A stretch of 64,000 bases of DNA. Source: Candidatus Competibacteraceae bacterium. GTDB lineage: Bacteria; Pseudomonadota; Gammaproteobacteria; Competibacterales; Competibacteraceae. The position numbers were made by a program, and so were the translations under genes. The stretch is taken from contig JAGRHQ010000001.1 in assembly GCA_020444905.1 (NCBI GenBank), positions 810 through 64,809 of the forward strand, read 5' to 3'. This document shows positions 55,347 through 64,000 of this stretch, piece after piece. Below the pieces are notes generated by a model, which saw nothing but the letters and a program-made list of their open reading frames with translations, was not told the DNA's origin and did no database searches. Within the stretch, counting starts at the first letter, position 1; every line of letters starts with the position of its first letter.

Positions 55347-55602
55347 TTTGAGAGAATGGAGCCATGAAGAAACGAGTGGGAGAGATTGCGGCGTGCGTAA
55401 GAAAGGTCACTTGAATGGTTATGAACTCGTGTTCAACAAGAAGGCTTATCAACACGAGTCGGCAAGAGCCAACATTCGTTATGATGAATATTTTGAACAC
55501 ATCCAGAAAGGCTATGAAGAACACAGGTTTGATGTCGATATTCTAAATCAATCATTTTCCATTATATATAGGAATAAAGGCGATGAAGCATCAACCGATT
55601 GA
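55347..55602 (+). pseudogene. Possible frameshifted/deleted remnant of a gamma-glutamylcyclotransferase-like gene
   Basis: Across two frames the reading is ..TFERM / MKKRVGEIAACVRK / GHLNGYELVFNKKAYQHESARANIRYDE... This resembles the GGCT/AIG2 pattern (..ERMK.R.....A.L.GY.L.FNK....G.ANI) as I recall it. The call is weak. Confidence 0.25.
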
Positions 55603-56002
55603 ATGGAAACACGATTATGAACTTGGTATTGAAGATGTTGATTTCCAACATCACTGTTTCTTAAATCTGATTAACCGACTTTTCTATGAACTGGAAAAAA
55701 CCAAGGATGCGAATTATCGAAATGCGTTAATCAATGAACTGAGTGCCTACGCGAAATTTCATTTCATTAGTGAAGAAAATATGATGTACCGAGCAGGTTA
55801 TCCTGGTTTAGAAGAGCATCAAAGAATTCATTGCGAATTAATCGAAAAGATTTCAAATAAAGAAAGTTATTTTTGGGTTGAACAATCGCTACATAATACA
55901 AGGGTATTGATGAATTTTTTATTAAATTGGTTCTTTCATCATACACTGAATGAAGATAGATTGTTTGCGAATTATTTAAATAGTAATGAAAAGCCTGATT
56001 GA
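55583..56002 (+). CDS. Bacteriohemerythrin (hemerythrin-like metal-binding protein)
   Basis: IEWKHDYELGIEDVDFQHHCF, FHFISEENMM, HQRIHCELI, WFFHHTLNEDR (His/Glu/Asp ligand pattern). 139 aa, with AT-rich codon usage unlike the flanking genes. Confidence 0.85.
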   Translation: MKHQPIEWKHDYELGIEDVDFQHHCFLNLINRLFYELEKTKDANYRNALINELSAYAKFHFISEENMMYRAGYPGLEEHQRIHCELIEKISNKESYFWVEQSLHNTRVLMNFLLNWFFHHTLNEDRLFANYLNSNEKPD

Positions 56003-56211
56003 TGGACTAAAGCTGTTTATCCGCTAAAAATCTGTTATTAAATTATGTCAATTTTGTTCATTTAATTTACCATTCATTATATCAAACTCCCCTGCTCCTT
56101 CGTCTGTTCACTTTTCGGAGTCGTCTTAAACATCATATTGGACGGCGACATCTGAACGGTCTTACCATTTAATAGTTCTTCAATTGTATAGATTTTTATC
56201 ACTACGTTAAA

Positions 56212-56454
56212 ATGACTACAACAAGAAAAAATAATGAAAATAAAGAAATCCATTCTTATTATTCACACTCAAGAGCTTGGCAAACAGAAACTTGTTTCAA
56301 GAATATATCTGTCAAGATTATTGAATTTTCTGTATTTTATGCGTTTCATCAGTTGTTTTGTTCATTGAGTAACATAGAAAAAGCAGTCAAGAGCGCATTT
56401 ACTAACACTGATAAAAAGAAGGAAGAGACTAAAATCAAACTTGAAAGCCATTAG
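56212..56454 (+). CDS. Hypothetical 80-aa ORF in the AT-rich islet
   Basis: This is only an open frame from the track. I see no RBS or recognisable motif, and it may be non-coding. Confidence 0.2.
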   Translation: MTTTRKNNENKEIHSYYSHSRAWQTETCFKNISVKIIEFSVFYAFHQLFCSLSNIEKAVKSAFTNTDKKKEETKIKLESH

Positions 56455-56540
56455 TCAACAAAAAGACAGATTAAAGAGAAAGATAGACTTGTAAAACACG
56501 TCAGAATGGGTACACTAACTGATGAACTAAACATTCGATA

Positions 56541-57527
56541 TTGTGTCAACAAGCGATGAATTCAGGAGCATCATTGGCGATTTATACACAGCAGATGAAG
56601 CAAAAGATTTTGTCCTCACATCACAAGCCAGAGGAAGATCGAGTGGACGAAATCCGCGAGGATCCACTGGAGAGCGGGACTGACGATAACGCACCATCCG
56701 ACCGCCGCGCACTGGCCCGGCAACACACAACTAAAATGTTAAAGATGCTGCGTGGTTACGGCCCCAGGGAACCATCTCCCGTAGCTGAACCCCAGATGGC
56801 GGTGGTGACTGAACTGGCCAGTGTCCGTCCTTCATCCATTATGCGGGGGAATGCTGAGTCTGCAGCAACTGCTGAATCGCCGCCGAGAATCGTGGCCGAC
56901 GCTAGGGCTTCTTATATCCGACGGGTGGAGGCGCCCCCCGAACCACCGCTGCTTTCCCCCGTCGCGCCGGCGGTGTCGCTACTGCGGTCAGCCGAGCGTT
57001 CTGCTGCTCCTGTAAGCGTTTACTCCTCTCGCCTACAAATAGAAGAGGAGTTGTCTGACAGCAAGCGAGCGCTGAGAGAGAAAACTAAAATTCCATCTCT
57101 TGGCGAGGGTTTATCACAGCAGCCCGGCGTACTGGGGCAGATCATTGCGCGGGGCAAGGAGTTGGCGCAACTCAGCCGCATTTTCCAGGCTTATCTGCCG
57201 CCGCATTTACGTAACCACGCCGTCCTGATTCGCATAGATGAGGAAGCATGGACAGTGCAAACCGATTCCGCGGGTTGGGCAACTCGTTTGCGTTACAAAC
57301 TCTACGACATCCGCCAGGCGCTCGGTCAACAACTGGGCATCGCGCTGCCCAAACCTCATATCCGCGTGGAGCCGCTGGCGACTGCCCCGCAATCGCGGTG
57401 CCCGTTGTTAACGTTGACCCAGGAAAACGCCCAGATGATCGAACAAACCGCCCGGAATGAACCCGATCCGCGGTTGAGCGCCGCACTGCGGCGATTGGCG
57501 CAACATGCCGCGTCGGACGATCCATAG
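56541..57527 (+). CDS. DUF721/DciA-like protein with a long acidic, low-complexity N-terminal region
   Basis: The C-terminal ~110 aa (LSRIFQAYLPPHLRNHAVLIRIDEEAWTVQTDSAGWATRLRYKLYDIRQALGQQLG) resemble the DUF721 pattern. The start is very uncertain: TTG 56541 or internal ATGs at 56556, 56595 and others. Confidence 0.55.
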   Translation: MCQQAMNSGASLAIYTQQMKQKILSSHHKPEEDRVDEIREDPLESGTDDNAPSDRRALARQHTTKMLKMLRGYGPREPSPVAEPQMAVVTELASVRPSSIMRGNAESAATAESPPRIVADARASYIRRVEAPPEPPLLSPVAPAVSLLRSAERSAAPVSVYSSRLQIEEELSDSKRALREKTKIPSLGEGLSQQPGVLGQIIARGKELAQLSRIFQAYLPPHLRNHAVLIRIDEEAWTVQTDSAGWATRLRYKLYDIRQALGQQLGIALPKPHIRVEPLATAPQSRCPLLTLTQENAQMIEQTARNEPDPRLSAALRRLAQHAASDDP

Positions 57528-57539
57528 TACGACTTACCC

Positions 57540-60500
57540 ATGTTTCATACCCATCAAGGCAATCGCCTCGAAAACCTCACAGACCAATTGGCGGAATCCT
57601 TGCGCCACCCCCTGCATTCCCCACTGGCGCGCGAAATTATCGTGACGCAGAGCAATGGCATGGCGCGCTGGCTGTCCCTGCAACTGGCTAACCGACTGGG
57701 TGTCTGCGCCAACATCGCTTTCCAGTTTCCCGCGCCTTTCCTGTGGGAGATGAGTCGGGCGGTGCTGCGCTGGCTACCGCCAACCTCAGCGTTTGACCGG
57801 CCAGTGCTGAACTGGCGAGTCATGGCGTTGTTGCGGGATCTGGAAGCAGTACCTCGTTTCGCGCCGGTGCGCGCCTGGCTGGGCGATGGCGATGACGATT
57901 TCCGCCGACATGAACTGGCCTGCCGAATTGCTGACTGCTTCGATCAGTATCTGATTTACCGGCCCGACTGGATTACGCAGTGGGAAGAGGGCCAGGAGGA
58001 TCACTGGCAGGCAGAATTATGGCGGCGATTGGCGCGAGGCGATGAGGCCCACCGGACGCGCGTGCAGAACCAATTACGCACGGTGTTGCGCCAAGGCCAG
58101 GTTGACCCGCGCCGTCTGCCGGAACGGGTCGCCATCGTTGGGGTATCGGCTCTACCGCCGCTGTACCTGGATTTGCTGGCGGAACTGGCGCGCTATGTCG
58201 AAGTGCATTTGTTCCTGCTTAATCCCTGCCGCGAGTATTGGGGCGATATCCGCGCCGAACGCGATCTGGCTCGTTTGGGCGAGGACATTGATCCTGATGC
58301 TGAATATCTGACGGTTGGCAACCCCTTGTTGGCCTCGCTCGGCAAACAGGGACGGGATTTCATTGATCTGTTGCCGGGGTATCCGCGCGTTGAATCGGAT
58401 CACTTCGTAGAGCCTGGAAGCGATAGCCTATTGCACTGTTTACAGGCTGACATTCTCCATTTGCGGGAACGCGGGACCGATGAACATCCTCCCCTTTCAC
58501 TGCGTCCCGATGATCGTTCCTTACAGATTCACGTCTGCCATGGTCCGATGCGCGAGGTCGAAGTCTTGCATGACCAATTGCTGGACTTGTTGGCTACTCA
58601 GCGTGATTTGCGACCCTCGGATATCATGGTGATGGCGCCGGATATTGCGCGTTACGGGCCACTCATTGAAGCCGTGTTCGATGCGGCTCCCCGCGAACGG
58701 CGGATTCCATTTAGCGTCGCGGATCAGGGCTTGCCGGTAGAAAACCCGCTGGTGGAGGTGTTTTTTGAACTGCTCGATTTGAGCGGGGAGCGCTTCGACG
58801 CTGCACAGGTCTTGAGTTTGCTGGAACCCTCGGCGGTGCGGCGGCGATTCGGGTTGAACGAGGATGATCTGGAGCGCATCCGCCAGTGGGTGCGGGGCGT
58901 GGGCATTCGCTGGGGCATCGACGCCTCCGCTAAGGATGCCTGGGCCTTGCCGGCAACGACTGAACACACCTGGCGGGCAGGACTGGATCGCTTGCTTTTA
59001 GGCTACGCGCTGCCGGGACAGGGCCGGGATTTGTATGCAAGTATTTTGCCTTATGACGAGATCGAGGGCGGCGAAGCGCAGGCGCTGGGCGGTTTACAGA
59101 GTTTTCTAGCGGCGCTATTCGAGTTGCGCGACGGGTTGCGGGAACGGCACCCACCCACCGATTGGATCGTTATTTTGCGCGCCTTGCTGGAGCGGTTTTT
59201 CGAACCTCGCGAGCGCGAAGAGAACGAGTTGCAATTGATTCGCAAGGCGTTGGATGCCCTGGGGGAGCAGACGGAACTGGCCGGATTTGCCGAACCGGTG
59301 TCCCTGTCGGTGGTGAAAGCAACGTTGCGCGAATTGTTGACTACGTCCGAGAGCGGAGCCGGACGGTTCCTGAGCGGCGGGGTGACCTGTTGCGCGATGA
59401 CGCCGATGCGCAGCATTCCCTTCGCGGTCATTTGCCTGATCGGCATGAACGACGATGCCTATCCGCGCCCCCATCAACCGGTCGGTTTCGATCTGCTAGC
59501 GAAGCGCTTTCAGCGTGGCGACCGTTCGCGCCGCCAGGATGACCGTTACCTGTTCCTAGAAACGCTGCTGTCCGCCCGGCGCGTTCTGTATCTGAGCTAT
59601 GTCGGTCAGAGCATTCGCGATCATTCAGTGCTGCCGCCGTCGGTGCTGGTCAGTGAATTGCTGGATGTAGTGGATCGGGGCTTTCAAACCACAAACGGCG
59701 AGCGAGCCAGCGCGCAACTGGTGACGCGCCATCCCCTGCAAGCCTTCAGTCGCCGTTATTTCACCGGCGACCCGCGCTTGTTCAGTTACGCACGCGAATG
59801 GATCGAGGCCAGCCGTCAGGCCGGGCGCGGCGAGTTGGACAAACCGCCGCTGTTGACCGGCGAGCTGTCGGAACCGGAGCCAGCGCTGCGCTGGGTGACG
59901 CTAGAGACGCTGACGCGGTTTTTCCGAAATCCAGCCCGCTGGCTGCTGCGGGAGCGCCTGGGCGTCCAGGTCGGCGAGGGTGAGGAAGCACTGGAGACTC
60001 GCGAACCGTTTGTACTGGACGGATTGGAGAATTATCAATTGCTTGACCGGATGCTAGATTTGCATCGCGAAGGACGGTCCGTGGCGGATATTGAAACGAT
60101 CATGCGCGCTAGCGGAGCCTTGCCGCATGGTCAGGTCGGCGAATGCCTGTTCGCCGGCGCCAGCGAGCGGGTGGCGCGTTTTGCCGGACGGCTGGGCCGG
60201 GTGTTGCCCCGCCGGGATACGAAACCGCTGGAAGTCGATTTAATGCTGGGCGATTTCCGCCTGACCGGGCGCTTGACCGGTATGACGGCCAGTGGCTGGG
60301 TGGGCTACCGGCTGGCGAAGATCAAGGCCGCGGATTACCTGAATCTGTGGTTGCATCATTTGGCTCTCAACGTAGCGGCCCCGGAAGGCGTTGCCCGGCA
60401 AAGTCATTGGGTAGCGGAGGATCAGGATGTGGTGCTAGATGCGTTGGAGCATCCGCAGGCATTACTGAAGACCTTACTTGATCTCTACTGGCAGGGATCA

Positions 60501-60779
60501 TGCCGATTATTGCCGTTCTTCCCCAAAAGCGCCCTAGCCTATGTCGAAAGCTTCCGCAAAGCTCAGGAGAAGGGGAAAGAGGCTGACCCGGACAAAGCGC
60601 TCTGGGCGGCGCGGCAAGTCTGGGAAGGCAGCGAACAACAAGCGAGTCTAGCGGAGCGCCGGGACGCCTATTATCAGCTGGCGTTTGGCGATGTAGACCC
60701 GCTGGATAGCACATTTACCGCGATGGCAATGGCTGTTTTCGGGTCGTTGTTTGAAACGATGGACGCTAACTCTCAGTAA
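57540..60779 (+). CDS. recC: Exodeoxyribonuclease V gamma subunit RecC
   Basis: MFHTHQGNRLENLTDQLAE...IIVTQSNGMARWLSLQLA... 1079 aa, with collinear family features throughout. Confidence 0.92.
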   Translation: MFHTHQGNRLENLTDQLAESLRHPLHSPLAREIIVTQSNGMARWLSLQLANRLGVCANIAFQFPAPFLWEMSRAVLRWLPPTSAFDRPVLNWRVMALLRDLEAVPRFAPVRAWLGDGDDDFRRHELACRIADCFDQYLIYRPDWITQWEEGQEDHWQAELWRRLARGDEAHRTRVQNQLRTVLRQGQVDPRRLPERVAIVGVSALPPLYLDLLAELARYVEVHLFLLNPCREYWGDIRAERDLARLGEDIDPDAEYLTVGNPLLASLGKQGRDFIDLLPGYPRVESDHFVEPGSDSLLHCLQADILHLRERGTDEHPPLSLRPDDRSLQIHVCHGPMREVEVLHDQLLDLLATQRDLRPSDIMVMAPDIARYGPLIEAVFDAAPRERRIPFSVADQGLPVENPLVEVFFELLDLSGERFDAAQVLSLLEPSAVRRRFGLNEDDLERIRQWVRGVGIRWGIDASAKDAWALPATTEHTWRAGLDRLLLGYALPGQGRDLYASILPYDEIEGGEAQALGGLQSFLAALFELRDGLRERHPPTDWIVILRALLERFFEPREREENELQLIRKALDALGEQTELAGFAEPVSLSVVKATLRELLTTSESGAGRFLSGGVTCCAMTPMRSIPFAVICLIGMNDDAYPRPHQPVGFDLLAKRFQRGDRSRRQDDRYLFLETLLSARRVLYLSYVGQSIRDHSVLPPSVLVSELLDVVDRGFQTTNGERASAQLVTRHPLQAFSRRYFTGDPRLFSYAREWIEASRQAGRGELDKPPLLTGELSEPEPALRWVTLETLTRFFRNPARWLLRERLGVQVGEGEEALETREPFVLDGLENYQLLDRMLDLHREGRSVADIETIMRASGALPHGQVGECLFAGASERVARFAGRLGRVLPRRDTKPLEVDLMLGDFRLTGRLTGMTASGWVGYRLAKIKAADYLNLWLHHLALNVAAPEGVARQSHWVAEDQDVVLDALEHPQALLKTLLDLYWQGSCRLLPFFPKSALAYVESFRKAQEKGKEADPDKALWAARQVWEGSEQQASLAERRDAYYQLAFGDVDPLDSTFTAMAMAVFGSLFETMDANSQ

Positions 60780-60802
60780 TTGTTTTTGATTAAAACCGCG
60801 AT

Positions 60803-61198
60803 ATGTCCACACCGGGTTTAATCAACATCCCTGTGACCCCCGGCGAGCTGCTCGACCGGCTGACCATTCTGGCCATCAAGCGCCGGTGGATTACCGCATC
60901 GGAAAAATTACTGAATATCAATCGTGAATGGACGCGCCTGGATGCCCTGCGCCGCCAGCAGGTCCCTATGGATACCTATTTGGAATCGCTGATCATAGCC
61001 CTCGAAACAGTCAATCAAACCCTGTGGGACATCGAGGACGCTATCCGTGAACATGAACGGCGGCAGGATTTCGGCGCAACCTTTGTTGAACTGGCGCGTC
61101 AAGTCTACCTCAACAATGATCGCCGGTCGCAGTTGAAGCAACAAATCGACAGCCATCTGCGCAGCCCCTGGCGTGAAGAAAAATCCTATGTCGCCTAG
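60803..61198 (+). CDS. DUF6165-like small protein
   Basis: 131 aa: PVTPGELLDRLTILAIKRRWI...KLLNINREW...LWDIEDAIRE. This resembles the DUF6165 pattern as I recall it. Confidence 0.55.
   Translation: MSTPGLINIPVTPGELLDRLTILAIKRRWITASEKLLNINREWTRLDALRRQQVPMDTYLESLIIALETVNQTLWDIEDAIREHERRQDFGATFVELARQVYLNNDRRSQLKQQIDSHLRSPWREEKSYVA

Positions 61199-64000
<2,802 letters not shown>

Noticed and set aside
56066-56194. 42-codon minus-strand ORF (VIKIYTIEELLNGKTVQMSPSNMMF...) faintly resembling the start of Uma2-family endonucleases. A 29-codon hydrophobic minus-strand ORF lies near 56360-56450.
   Set aside because: Both are too short and the similarity too vague to support. They are mentioned only as possible further debris in the AT-rich islet.

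Overview
This is a gene-dense 64 kb chromosomal segment, most likely from a gammaproteobacterium. The evidence for that is the EF-P/EpmA/EpmB lysylation set, the fur-bamE-rnfH-ratA neighbourhood, recC, dsbC and queA. I recognise about 60 protein genes from their translations. In order they are: a PepSY/response-regulator/histidine-kinase operon; the efp locus with epmA and epmB, each next to a c-di-GMP signalling gene; htpX, queA and dsbC; a small decayed islet holding one intact aldo/keto reductase and three gene remnants; propionyl-CoA carboxylase (pccBA); an RNB-family RNase; an early-cobalt-insertion cobalamin block (cbiX-cbiC-cbiET-cbiL-cbiG); a 1125-aa multidomain secreted subtilase; ratA-rnfH, bamE and fur; an orphan FabD-like acyltransferase followed by a four-gene Na+-translocating acyl-CoA decarboxylase operon (mmdA-delta-biotin carrier-beta type); a secreted trypsin-like protease; a cNMP-binding / ATP-grasp+alpha-E / transglutaminase operon; hydrogenase maturation genes hypCABDF with a divergent hypE; pdxH; a thioredoxin-DsbD-like membrane fusion; ABM monooxygenase, ACP, an Acs-type AMP-ligase and a divergent Pat-type acetyltransferase; an AT-rich islet with a hemerythrin and gene remnants; a DciA-like protein, recC, DUF6165 and leuS (runs off the 3' edge). 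I saw no rRNA, tRNA, CRISPR array, transposase or integrase. I cannot point to a clearly complete new system. The best candidates for follow-up are: (i) the cNMP-sensor-coupled ATP-grasp/alpha-E/transglutaminase operon; (ii) the linkage of both EF-P modification genes to c-di-GMP proteins, one of which has a diiron-like sensor domain; (iii) a promoter-to-terminator unit of about 300 nt with a 9-codon ORF; (iv) repeated operator-like motifs that may link the PepSY two-component system to secreted proteins. All functional calls rest on motif recognition by eye. No database search was run.
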